Origin: Podarcis erhardii
Lineage: Eukaryota
DNA length: 64,000 bases
Assembly (NCBI GenBank): GCA_964252035.1
Contig: OZ176205.1
Direction: 5' to 3' (one strand)
Part shown: piece by piece, positions 1-12,150 of the stretch
Numbering within the stretch: position 1 is the stretch's first letter
Layout: the number at the start of each line of letters is the position of its first letter
Made by a program: the position numbers and the translations under genes
Notes under the pieces: generated by a model
What the model saw: only the letters and a program-made list of their open reading frames with translations
Database searches by the model: none
What the model was told of the DNA's origin: nothing

Positions 1-1190
1 CATGCAAACATTTACCAGGGCTCTCTGCTTCTCTGAGGTACTGCAAGAATTGTGCAATTGTTGTGGGTTACTAATTTGCAGTTTATTGGGCTGTTGTATT
101 TGGTTGGATCTGTTTAAATTTGCAGCTGTTTGCTTTTGCCAGAAAAGCATACAAGGCCCTTTGGTCATGGCTAGGATAGACCTCTGTTTGTTTCAAACTT
201 CCGCCAACAAAGCTAGCAAAAATAGAAAGGGATGGCTCCACAAGGAAATTGGCAGCCATTATATTTACTGTGGGCATAGCCAGCGCTTTTGGTTCCCCAG
301 GCCCTAAACTGCCCTAAGAAGTGTACAGCAGAAAGCAAGTAGGCAGTGCACATCTAACCTGCCCTAAGCTTCCAGTTGCATTGTTAGAAGGCTTGGTTGT
401 GGTGGCACAATTGCAGAGCACCCTGGAGTGATGTGGCACTGGAGGTCTGCAGACTAAGGACCATTTGCCATGCTCCTGTTCTTTTTCACTTCAAGCAAAG
501 AGCATCTTAACACACATGTTGGGTGGGGTCACCTCTCTTATCCATACTCACCAGTTGCATGGGAGCCTCTTTCCTGTGAGTTGATCCCACACTCCTGGGA
601 AGTATGAACAGCCCAGCCAAATGGTGGATCTTTCCCACTGGCTTTCAACTCTGTCGAGTGCCAGTGAGGTGCAAAAGACTTAAATGACTAGTCTTACCCA
701 TGTTGCTGCATTCACACCTGCTCTCCAGTGATGTGGGATCTCTCTGCAGGGAAGTGACTCCCGTGCTGTTTGGCATCTGTGGGAAGGGGACTACTGGCTT
801 GGAGATTGTGGGTTGCATGCAGGGTTCCTGTTGCATTCCCACAGCAGACTTCCGCTTGCACAACGGAGCTTACTCTTCCATCTCCATCCCCACTCTCTCT
901 ATCCTCAAGATCTGCTCTGGAGGATTGGGGGTCCTTCCAAAGCATGGGGAGAGAGGAGGAGGGAAAAGTCTAGTTGTACAAGTAGAGCTCTTGTGCAGCA
1001 TTGAATGGAACGCTATGGTAAGGCACAAGGAAAGAAGTGATCTGCAGAAGCTTGCTGCATTTCAAAATATGGAGAAGCCTGACAAGGCAAGTTCATTTGC
1101 TTTGTGTACTACATATGTTTGGGGCTGATGGGATTTGTAGTCAAAAATATCTGGAGGGCACTAGCTAAAGCTGAAATGTACTATATAAAT

Positions 1191-1428
1191 CTGCCAACCT
1201 AGCAGTTCGAAAGCACGTTAAAGTGCAAGTAGATAAATAGGTACCGCTCCGGCGGGAAGGTAAACAGCGTTTCCGTGTGCTGCTCTGGTTCGCCAGAAGC
1301 GGCTTAGTCATGCTGGCCACATGACCCGGAAGCTGTACGCCAGCTCCCTCGGCCAATAAAGTGAGATGAGCACTGCAACCCCAGAATCGGTCACGACTGG
1401 ACCTAATGGTCAGGGGTCCCTTTACCTT
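1191..1428 (+). mobile_element. Sauria SINE, 5'-truncated, with 12-bp TSD
   Basis: Near-identical to the reverse complement of the 3' part of the copy at 29345-29694; ends in a tttacctt tail; flanked by tactatataaat at 1179-1190 and 1429-1440. Confidence 0.88.
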
Positions 1429-1446
1429 TACTATATAAATGCATGG

Positions 1447-1449
<3 letters not shown>

Positions 1450-1493
<44 letters not shown>
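1450..1493. repeat. (TC)n microsatellite
   Basis: Directly visible. Confidence 0.95.
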
Positions 1494-1498
<5 letters not shown>

Positions 1499-1570
1499 CC
1501 TGCCACAACCCCTTGTGCTAGCAATATTGCCTCTCCCCTCCCCAATATACTTCCACAGGGACCAACTTAC

Positions 1571-1728
1571 TAGGCGGCAGAGTCGTTGAGCTGGTACTCA
1601 GCGGCTCGCTCAAAGCAGGCCTGAACACCTGCATCCTTCCAGAGTTTGGTTATACAGTCCACTAGCTCTGGAGGCATGGTTCCTTCTTCGATGGAGTCAG
1701 CCAAGTTGAACAGCTGTCGCCCCTCATC
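1571..1728 (-). CDS. GNAT2: GNAT2 coding exon 4 (158 nt); later exons lie outside the window
   Basis: [52 protein letters not shown](Y); acceptor ttacag, donor gtaagt. Confidence 0.96.
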
Positions 1729-3078
1729 CTGTAAAGAGACAGAGCCTGTAAGGAGACTGTGGTTTCCTTGGTGACAAGGGTATGGCAGAACCTCATATTC
1801 AAGTGTTTGTATTTTGCACCCTCACAACTTGTTTTTAGCCGCATGGTTTGGGCACTTCATAATTTCCTCCTTTCTGACTTAGCAGAGGTCTTCTTACTGG
1901 GCATGCATCAAGTCAGAGGACAACAATGCATTAAAAAAAAGGAGGAACAGTTCTTTCCCAGGGCCATTATTGACAAGGAAGTGAAGAAAAAGTCCAAATT
2001 GCAACAAATCAACTTTGGTCTGGAGATTTAAAAAAAAACAAAAAAACCCCTCCTATGGTTGGTCGATGGTTTCTCAAGTTGAGCAGTTCTTGTGAAGTAT
2101 TATGCGAAGGTGCAAATACAGTAAGCATCTGCTGGGGATGATTTAAGCTGTAACATGTAGGGGGAAAGCTGGTCTAGAAATGTGTCTGTGCTTCCACATT
2201 ACTACTCCACATGGATGCAGGTGTGTGCGCTACCATCTTGGCACCTTCTGTGTGGTGATCTGCTCCAACATGGCATCTTTCCAGAAACATCATGCGTTGG
2301 GTGGTGTCCCAGCACACTCTCACTCTTACCTGTTTCAGTAAGTACTTTGATTCTCACCATTAATGGTGTTAGGTAGGAGAAGGTAAAGTGCAACCGTGGC
2401 CACAGCCTAGGTACCACTGGAGGTCTTATTCTGACACCATAATTCTAGGAGCGAAGGAAGCTGCCTTTACAGAGTCAGACCAGCTATTCATCTCTCTCTG
2501 AATTGCCTGCACTGACTGGCAGTGCCCTCACCTCATTCATACAAGAGAATTTCCCCCAACCCATTCCGGAGATGCTGGGGCCCTTCTGCATGCCAACCAG
2601 ATGCTCTACGGCTGAGTTACAGCCCTTCTATGAATCAGCTCCGGTGAATCTATGGCTACTGCTCTTGAAAAGTGGTCTTTAGCCACCAGGTGGCATCATC
2701 CCATAGCTGCTTCGACTTGAGGCCGAAGCCCAAATCTATCTCTTTTTGATATCTTATGAAGTGTGCAGCACAGTGCATTGAGATCACAGTTACACTAACT
2801 CCTACGGTTCTGGTGATTGGATATTCCACCTGTCCTTTCCTACCTATTTTTCTTCAGAACATCCCATGGAAATAAAGACAGGAAACTTATCTAGTGGCAA
2901 TGGCATTCCTGTTGTATGTTTATACATATTGACCTTGAACACAAATAAACAAACTTTAATAGCGGGTCCCTTTTTAGCACATCAGCCACATTGTAGCGGC
3001 AAATGCCTTGGCCCTCCCCTTTTCCAGAGATCCTCATTCGCTCAACGAAAACATGCTGTCATGCACAAGGATACTGAC

Positions 3079-3220
3079 TGCTTTGCTTGAATCCGCATAA
3101 TCAATCCCCAGGGTAGTCATGGCTCTGATGATGGCCAAGATGGACTGCAAGATGTTGCCGTAAATAACTGCTTTGAACTCCAAACATTCTTCTTCCGTGT
3201 AACCATCTTGATGGATAATC
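3079..3220 (-). CDS. GNAT2: GNAT2 coding exon 3 (142 nt)
   Basis: [47 protein letters not shown]; acceptor cccag, donor gtcagt. Confidence 0.97.
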
Positions 3221-4100
3221 CTGGGTAAGGGGGGGGGGCGGAGAGAGAGACAGTCGCCATAGATGAAACAACCACTCTGGATCTTCTTGAGAAGTTCTAC
3301 ACATTTTATAGAGATGCATAATAAATGGCATCTATTTGCTTTGGGGGAAGAAAATTTTCTTAAAGGACCATAACCGAAGACATCACAGAGTAAAACCTGC
3401 CCCAAACCACATTGGCTGAGATGACCATGTCTGGGTGAAGAACACATTTTGCCCCATGCCTGATTGTATCCCATGGGGCAGCAGTTTTGACATTTTCCCA
3501 GAACAACAAATGGCTCCCATTAATTGTGCAGCAAAAATGAGAATACATTGAAAGGCCTTGAGTTTTATTTGTATGTTACTTGAATGTGAAGGCTGTAAGT
3601 CCTAGATACATGGACAGATATGATGTATAAGGTCATCATCTATAAAGGACTTGTAGGAAAATGTTGCCAAGATCCCTCATGATATATAATTAGCTGCCCT
3701 TCCACTGAAGGCCTGTGTATTAAATGATGGCCGTTAAGTTTGTAAGTCACTTTTCTATTGTTGGAATTCATGAGTAGGGTGGGTGGGTGGGTGTAGTCAC
3801 ATTGGTTACTGCTACAGTTTAAGATGCCTCTTCCTGTATGGTTTGCACTTTCACTCTGGTGTTAAATCTAAGTTCCCAGAAAGTTTTGAGTATCCCAGGG
3901 AATACTAAAGGCTACTAAAGGAAGAGTAACAGAACTGCATTCATCTTTTGCTGTTTGTTTGTCAGTTCATAAACCACAGGACTTAGAAATCTGACATTAT
4001 GGACTTTGTCAGCAGCCTTTATTGCAGGCTTATTATTATGAGGATTACTAAAACCATGTGCAGGGAAATTAATGTAGATTAGTCAATGAATCTGCTATAG

Positions 4101-4237
4101 CAGGAACTGGGGATCTGGTGCCCTCCAGATGTTGTGGACTACAATTCCCATTAGTCCCAGTCAGCATGGCCAATGGTCAGGAATGACGGGAGTTGTAGTC
4201 CAGCAACATCTAGAGGGCAATAGGTTCCCCATCTCTG
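4101..4237. mobile_element. Palindromic hAT MITE with 8-bp TSD (degenerate relatives near 1123-1165, 17034-17150, 30258-30394, 43435-43564, 45740-45836, 58196-58310)
   Basis: tgctatag at 4093-4100 and 4238-4245; inverted arms gccctccagatgttg and caacatctagagggc. Confidence 0.85.
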
Positions 4238-4529
4238 TGCTATAGCATATAAAGCATTATTTCTTCCTTATCCTGCTCAGAATCAGCTTGTGAAGCAAGC
4301 AGTTATTCCATGTTGCCATAGCTTGCTTTTAACTAAATGCTATTTTTATTTGTGTTTTAAGCCTTCCATAATCTGTTTAAGTTATTTGTCCCAGCTCAGT
4401 CCTGTTGCCAACAACAGCCTCTAAATGTGCTACTCTGGGTTGGTGTGGGATAGCAACGCAGGAGGAAAGGGCTAAAGGACTCCCCTGTTTTTAGGGCTCT
4501 TGGTCCCCAGTCTAGAAGGCAATACTCAC

Positions 4530-4572
4530 TTCATCTGTTTGACAATTGTACTCTTGCCTGACTCTCCAGCAC
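4530..4572 (-). CDS. GNAT2: GNAT2 coding exon 2 (43 nt), P-loop
   Basis: Encodes (G)AGESGKSTIVKQMK; acceptor ttccag and donor gtgagt; phases match exons 1 and 3. Confidence 0.97.
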
Positions 4573-5155
4573 CTGGAAGAAGGAAAAGGAAACTGATTAA
4601 TGGCAGAATATGGGGAAAGATACACATGCAGATCACTTTGCAAAAAGACAAGGGTCGTTTTGTCTTGGCACTTAACTATTTTATATTTTCTTACTGGAAT
4701 GTCTTTCCATTGCCAAGTTCCCCAGTTCAGACGTTAGGTCACCAGGCTTATGCAAATAAATGCCCATGGCTTATTCATATGGGTGACATAAGATCAGAGG
4801 GGGCATGTGGCTTCGTGTTTGTGGAGGAACATCAGTGATCACCACCTCCTCCTCTGATGCACATATGGATGGACTATTCACGTGGACAGTTAGTTGCTTG
4901 AGCAAGATAGCTGCACACCTTCTTAAGCAACACCTAGGGTAAATGATACGGCAGTATACAGGAGCTTTAGAAACTGCAGGTGGCATTAGATAGGTCAAAT
5001 TGGCACACTTCATTTGTGCTTATATCCAGCTGGCTTTCTGCAAGGTGGTGTTTTGCAATTTTGTGCACCTAATTCAGATTTTTAACTTGACATTTTGAAA
5101 GCGATGGATGGGATGTAAGGTGGGCATGATGGTGGGGGGGGGAGAGAGGAAATTA

Positions 5156-5414
5156 CCGTATTTTTTGCTCTATAAGACGCACCAGACCACAAGACGCACC
5201 TAGTTTTTGGAGGAGGAAAACAAGAAAAAAAATATTCTGAATCTCAGAAGCCAGAACAGCAAGAGGGATTGCTGCACAGTGAAAACAGCAATCCCTCTTG
5301 CTGTTCTGGCTTCTGGGATAGCTGTGCAGCCTGCATTCGCTCCATAAGATGCACACACATTTCCCTTTACTTTTTAGGAGGGAAAAAGGGAGTCTTATAG
5401 AGCAAAAAATACGG
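5156..5414. mobile_element. Tc1/mariner-superfamily MITE (Tc2-like termini) with internal hairpin
   Basis: Perfect TIRs ccgtattttttgctctataagac and gtcttatagagcaaaaaatacgg; TA on both sides. Confidence 0.88.
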
Positions 5415-6581
5415 TATACATCGTGGGGAACAGGAGCATAGGCTAGCAAACTCGACAGCCCAAAGAGCTTGAGACATGCTGCAAGAGGCGTTGTTGCTCA
5501 CTATTACCCTGCATCTTGGCAATACCACCCACCCCATTCTTTGTGCAGTAACTGAGGTTCAACCCAGCGTTGAAGTCCAGTCCCAGATATCTGGGAGGGC
5601 AAAGGCTTCCTTAGTAATATGAGCAGGGTGGTGTGTACATTGTTTGATGTGTCTTGATATATATCCCAAAGTGGAGAACTGGCCTATTAAAAGACATCCC
5701 ACCCTGAATACTGAAGCATTCCTAAATCAAGTTGAAGACCTGTCTACAACTTTATTTATAACTGCAGTAAAGCCTGTTGCTGTTGGACCTGACTCCTTCA
5801 TATATTATTTCTACATCAACCAATAATATGTACCAGTAATATTTTTTCTCTCCCTATGAAATTATTCTGAAAGTCTTCTTTATTGATTGGGCCTAATCCA
5901 CACATGCAGGAGAATGATGTGGCAAACGGTTTCAGAAGATATGGTGTTAGACTTGCTTCCATTCCCCCTCTCCTCCCTCCCCGTCTTTCCTTCCTAGCAT
6001 TACAGCGTAGCACAACAAAGTTTAAAATACTATCCTCCATAGAATTCCTTTGCAGAGTTTCAACATGCTCTCAATTAAGATTCCACAGGTAGGGACTATG
6101 AACAGAGGACAAGTTAGCTCACATTTTTCTCTCCCTCCTAAACTTCAATATATTTTAGAATATTTGCTAAGGAATAAGAATATACCTGTTTCGGTTTTCC
6201 TTCAATCCCTGACCCCCTCCATTCTCTTCCGTAGTTACAGTCTAATGTTCTAAGGTAGAAACGGTTTTGTTGCTTCAGATTATAGGTGGGGATTCAATGA
6301 TTTAATGTTCTCCTGTGTTAAAAACACCCACACAATCCCTGCTATCTGAAAACTAGCACAGTAAGGAACAGCTTGGCTTTGAATCCCTCAGACTAATTTC
6401 CTAGTCTTTTTATTTGCAGGGAGTTGAAACAAAAATACGTGAAACTATTATAAAATGGAACCCGCCCCTCAGCAGCCTTTCTATTTTTGCAGTTAAATGT
6501 TACAGATGTGTGCCATATATGAGTTGAAACTAACACTTGAAGAAGCTACATTTCTCTCTCTCTAAAATGGTGTATACACTA

Positions 6582-6807
6582 CAGTGGTACCTCGGGTTAC
6601 ATATGCTTCAGGTTACAGACTCCGCTAACCCAGAAATAGTACCTCGGGTTAAGAACTTTGCTTCAGGATGAGAACAGAAATCGTGCTCTGGCGGTGCGGC
6701 GGCAGCAGGAGGCCCCATTAGCTAAAGTGGTGCTTCAGGTTAAGAACAGTTTCAGGTTAAGAACGGACCTCCGGAACGAAATAAGTACTTAACCTGAGGT
6801 ACCACTG
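6582..6807. mobile_element. Tc1/mariner (pogo/Tigger-like) MITE, copy 1
   Basis: TIRs cagtggtacctc(g/a)ggtta; TA duplication at 6580-6581 and 6808-6809. Confidence 0.9.
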
Positions 6808-7402
6808 TAATTACAACAGATTAGAAGAGCAAGGAGTTACCGGGAACATGTAACGTGTCCCTGCTGAAAATGTAATGTGTAAAGCCTCTTGATGCAAACT
6901 GCTAAGCACAAAATCACTGCTCCAACTGCTAACTAGAAAATGCCTGCTTTTTTCCTTCATAGGCTAATGAAAGAGCTGCTGTTGTTTGCCAGTCTGACCA
7001 GTCGTGTCTATTTCATTGATGAGAAAAGAGAGTGGGAGCAGTTCATTATTTGTATGGGGTTTTTTTTAGAGCTTGAAATAAGTGCAAGAAAATTTCCCAT
7101 CAGACTTTAGAGTACATCTCTTTGGAAATGTGGCTGTGCAAGTCTGAGTGGCAACTCTCATGGAGAAATCCACCAAACAACTGGAACTTAGAGATACCAT
7201 TCCGAAAGAGATAATTTTATTGATAAATTGTTTTTGTTGCATTCAATATGGAAATTGAAAGAAACGCACTTTACACTCTCTGGCTATACAAGGACATCTT
7301 TAGAGAGACCTATGACATGGGATGTTTGTTGCCAATCTTCCACTAGGGAATATACTCTTGGACACAGATACTTCAGACACTTTCCATGTTTATCTTGAGG
7401 CT

Positions 7403-7435
7403 TTTGTTTTGTTTTGTTTTGTTTTGTTTTGTTTT
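7403..7435. repeat. (TTTTG)n microsatellite
   Basis: Directly visible. Confidence 0.9.
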
Positions 7436-8064
7436 AGAGAGAGAAGATGCCCTGTCTACTTGTGTCTTGCTGCAGTTATGCTGGGGTAAACATTTTTTTT
7501 TTCTTAAAAACAACAACAAAAACTTTAAAAATCTAAAATAGTTCGGATCTGAGCAGCATTGTGTGCTTCTTGGAGTATCTACTAAAGATGCTGGTGTTGA
7601 TTTTTTGAAGAGATCTTGCACGGAAGAAGACACAGCCTTGCTAATAAAGGGTTAAATATGTTTCAGTTATTGTTGGAACAGAATGCATTCTGGGAGCCTC
7701 TCAGGGGGTGCATGTTAAAGGAACAGTGCAGACAGTTGGAGGAATCTGGTCCCCACCCCCACCCCCCACCCCCCACCCCCCGTGCAACTACGTCAGTCTC
7801 TATAAGTAGAAAGCCTTTGGTAATGCAGCATTCCTTGCAAAAGGGTATGGATTGTGCCATTTCCAGGATGTCATGCAAGAAAGCAAAAGAGGAAATGCTG
7901 GGAGTGTTCCTACGACATGCATTAAGAATAAAGAGGCAAAGTAATTACTAAGGAAGTTACCAAGGGAATGGATTTGGATAGAGGCCAAATCATTCTGCTG
8001 GGCCTCCCCATGCTGGGCTTAGCGACACAGCCTCTTTCATATAGCAGATCCTTCTGTATCCACC

Positions 8065-8125
<61 letters not shown>

Positions 8126-8140
8126 ATTATTATTATTATT
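8065..8140. repeat. Compound (GTT)n(ATT)n microsatellite
   Basis: Directly visible. Confidence 0.95.
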
Positions 8141-8430
8141 ACGGTATTGATTATATTTATATACCGCCCATACCCACAGGCCTCAGGGCAGTTCACAGGA
8201 TAAAATCACAATATAAAAACACAAAATGCATAATCAAAATAAAAACAAGAACAACCCAATAACCCCCCGCAAATAGTCAGAGAGGGAAAATAGAATTTTA
8301 AAAGCACATACACAATATTTGTAATGAAAAATATAAAAATAAGCACCCATCAGGTATCATCAAGGAGTAGATTAAAAGTTCAATTTAACTGCCTTTCAAA
8401 TCAAAACATTTTAGCCATTGGTCCCCCCCC
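8141..8430 (-). mobile_element. L2-type 3' end remnant abutting (GTT)n(ATT)n (similar remnant near 20720-20890)
   Basis: tttatataccgccc...ctcagggcagttcaca followed by an A-rich tract, parallel to the L2 end at 17720-17780. Confidence 0.5.
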
Positions 8431-11400
8431 CATTGCAACCATTCATAGAAGCTCTTTGATCCAGTGGAGGTTGGATTTAATATTTTGGCTGGCTGCTTTA
8501 ATATTTTGATTTTTCATTTCTGAAATGCCTCAGGTTTCCTCCCAGTATTGTGCATGAACTGTTTAGGAGACGAAACTTCAGTCTAATAAGGATTTGTGGT
8601 CTTGGTGCTTGCAGTGTACACTGTTCCTACTCTTTAGATGGCAAAGTGGCCTGGCAGGAAGATTCTTTCTTATCCTCACCTGGCTATTCTTGGTTATTTC
8701 TCACTGATATCTCTCTTTTTGTCCATCTCCCCCCCTCTCCCCCCCCTCTCTCTCACACACACAGAGAGAAAGCTAGTATGCTAAATGCACTCAATAATTT
8801 TATTGTATGATTGTCATGGCAGCTCTTGGATTCTGCTTGTGAAATCACTAGTAGTAAGAAACACAACTCCATCCTAGGGTGCCATTTCAGATTCCAAAAT
8901 CGAGTAGTTGTGGAATTATATCTAACTCACGGAGAAGGTAGACTGCCTACAGATGATATGAAGCCACAGACAAATTGTGGTCCTTAACAGGCTGGCATTC
9001 AGCCTTAAGCACCCAGCTCAAGAGACGAACCCATCTCAGTATCTCTTTCTGTCTCTCTCTCTCCTAAACATTTCTATTGCTGTCTGTTAACCCAGCACAA
9101 GTAGAAGGTTAAATAGTGAAGCCAACAATGACTAGGTAAACGAAGACCAGCCTTTGAAATTACTAGGTAGGCCAGGCCTATGCTGAATATCACCCCTGGC
9201 AGGTGCGTAGGAGCAGTTCACAGCATGGTTCCAAGGTTTGCTCCTGGATCTAGTTCCAAAAAAAGCTGCCCAGTAAACTTGTAGATGGGGGGCTCCCACG
9301 GAATATATGGCCTGGAATCAGGGAGGGACACCATCTCCACTGCCACTCCTCAACTGGCACCCCTACTTTTATATTTTATTTGCAGGTTCAGCACTTTACT
9401 GATGTGCCAATTAGGCTAACCCCGGCCAGCAAACCAGAGTATACAGATATCCCCCTTCAGCAATGGAGGCTGGTCTAATAGGGCAAATGGGGAATAGCCC
9501 CTCCACCTCAGTCTGCCCCAGAAGCCAGCCCCTACTTGCCTGTCTTGTTCAGTGCAACCACTGACTCTGCCTGTCATTGGTTCTGGCTCCACCAACTGTT
9601 GGCACATCTGCCTTCCGCCCTACCAGTCCTAATGAGGATCAGCTACCATTGCCCTCTGGGCAAGGCCACCACCTCTTCTGTTACATGGGAGCTGATGTTG
9701 CATGGGAGCTAGCATTACTGCCATATTGAATTAATGATGCATGAATTTATTGTCAGCTGGAAATACCCCATGTACATTACTACCCCTAGGGCCAAATCAG
9801 ACTGTGTATTGGAGTTGAATCCCAACAACTTCTGGAAGGTTCCTCACCCTTCTGTACTAGAACTAAACACAAAAAAAAAAGTCCTTCAAGATAGTTGTCT
9901 AGACAACTTTTTCATTTAAGGGAAGTACCTGGGTTTTGCTAAGCAGGGCACACTTGTGAACCACATTCCTATACCTCCTTTCCTGTGAATCAACCCCATT
10001 GAAATCAATAGGATTTACTTCCGCATAGGATTACACTATAAATGCCCCTCTCCACGTTCGTATCAAACCATACCTCCACCTACAGGTATTCCAATTCTAG
10101 TGATGGCCAACAGCCCTAAGTTGAGACAACCTGGAGCCAATGTAGGCTATTTTTAAAAAGGCAACAATATAGTCCCAATTATGTTTTAAAATTTGCTTAG
10201 TTACAGAGGCCTTCTCACTGCTGCAAACTAGATTCATAATAGTAACTTCTACTGGGACTGATTCATATTTTACCTCACATCAGTAGATATTTGCGTTTTA
10301 GATGTGCTGGCTCAGAAGTGTGTGTTCTTTAGGTGCTCACTTTTTCAGGAGTAGGGAAGCTTTTTCAGCCTGAGGGCAGCATTGCCTTATGGGCAGCCCC
10401 CAGTGGTGGGTGGAGCCAGAGGCCAAAGTGGGTGGAGCAACAGATCAGATGCTTGAACAGTAGTCAAGAGGTTGCTACACATACACACCTCCACCTCCAT
10501 CCTGGCAATTGAGTACTATCATACTTCAGGGACACATTCCAGCTAGTCAAAAGCACAAGGAAGGGTGCACAGAAAGGCTGGAAAGGAGGTATGGGTCTGA
10601 TGGGAATTCCAAGGGCCAGATAAAGGGTCTGAGGTTCCCCACCCAGCTCTACTTCTCAACAGTTATCTTCTTCGCTTGCCCTTCAGTCTTCTTCAGCAGC
10701 CACAGTATGTTTCCTCATCTCATCACCTTAAGCTGCTTATTCCAAAACAGGAAGCTGCTTAGAATTAGGACTTAATCACCCTGATCCTAACCTCCCTGCT
10801 GTCACCTGAAGGAACCCATGTTGCACAGTGGCAGGCAAGCACAGGCTATCTGCACATTTGATATATGCTACTTTAGCTATTTGATCTATGCTCTTCTTTT
10901 TTTTTTTCTTCCTGTGGAAGGTTTATTGCAAGAAGCCATTTTGTTGGAGCAAGCACATGGGATCCTGCTTCTTTCCCATGCAGGGGGAGTTTCTATGCAA
11001 CCCACTGCTCCTAATAGCAGTGGTTTCTAATTTCTCAAACTTTGACTTGGCTGAGCTAAAAGGCGGGAGTGGCAACATCTTTTCCTGCTGCATGTAGAAT
11101 GCCAGAGGTGCTTTTATCTTGATCTTTGAATTCTCAGGGGCTGGGTGGGTGAACAGGCTTTCTGGCCTGGGTGTGACATCTGTGTTCCTATATCCTCTAG
11201 GCTTTTGTGTCTGGAGAAGCCTGTGCTTTTCAGACCACTATTGAATGAGCTGGCATAAGGTGTTCCCTTTCCTTTGCCCAGTAATAAACTGTGCACTGCT
11301 GTTTGCTTCTGCATCTCAGCTGCACCTACGGTCACCCACTACGGGACTCCAAAAATTCACTGAGCTCGCACAACTTTATAAGATGTCCAGCTACTTTCTT

Positions 11401-11683
11401 GTCTCAAACTTCTTTTGTGCCACCTCCTGTAAAATCTCCATTAGTCACTTTCTTCCCACTAATTCACATTCTAGATTAGTTCATGGCAGAGAGCAACATC
11501 TGGTAGCCCACAGATTCCCCATCCCTGGGTTATGGAAACAGCTCACAGCTATGAGCCACAAAGGCAGGGCATCATTCAGATGAGTTTATAGGTGCAGCAA
11601 TCAGGAGCTTGGGAAGATGTACACTCCTAGGAGCACTGCACATCCTTGTTATACTTGCAAAGTCATCAGCCACAAAAACTACG

Positions 11684-12150
11684 GATAAGAACATAAGAGC
11701 CCTGATGGATTATACCAAAGAGCTAACTGAGTTCGGCATCCTGCTTCTCACAGCAGCCAACCGGATCCCTATTGTAAGCCGATAGAAAAAGGTGAGGGCA
11801 GTACCCCAGTTCTGCTGTGGCTCCCTAGCAATTGCTATTCAGATGGCCTTTTGATCCTGTAGGTAGTATGCAGCATATTGATGAGCAACCATTGATTGCC
11901 TTATCTTTCATGAACTTATCTAATTCTCTTCCAAAGCTGTCCAGGTTGGTGGCTATTACCACATCTTGTGCTAGCAAATACCGCAGTTTATGTGGTGTGC
12001 AAAATACTTCCTTCTATCTGTCCTGTATCTCTTGACATTCAGTGTCACCCTCGTATTATGAGAGAAGGTGCAAAAGCTTTCCTCTATCCATTTTCTCCAC
12101 ACAATGCATAATTTTATACTCCCATACTTGTCTCCCCTCCACCTCGCGCA
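11684..12150 (-). mobile_element. CR1 LINE 3' fragment
   Basis: Frameshifted minus translation RGD...FSHNTR...RYRTDRRKYF resembles the CR1 ORF2 C-terminus; the 3' UTR ends at aagaacataagag. Confidence 0.75.

Noticed and set aside
1-60. Possible GNAT2 exon 5 at cttgcag|TACCTC (minus strand)
   Set aside because: Phase and translation do not give the expected YLNxLDRI...DVLRSRVKTTGI sequence, so exon 5 should lie outside the window.
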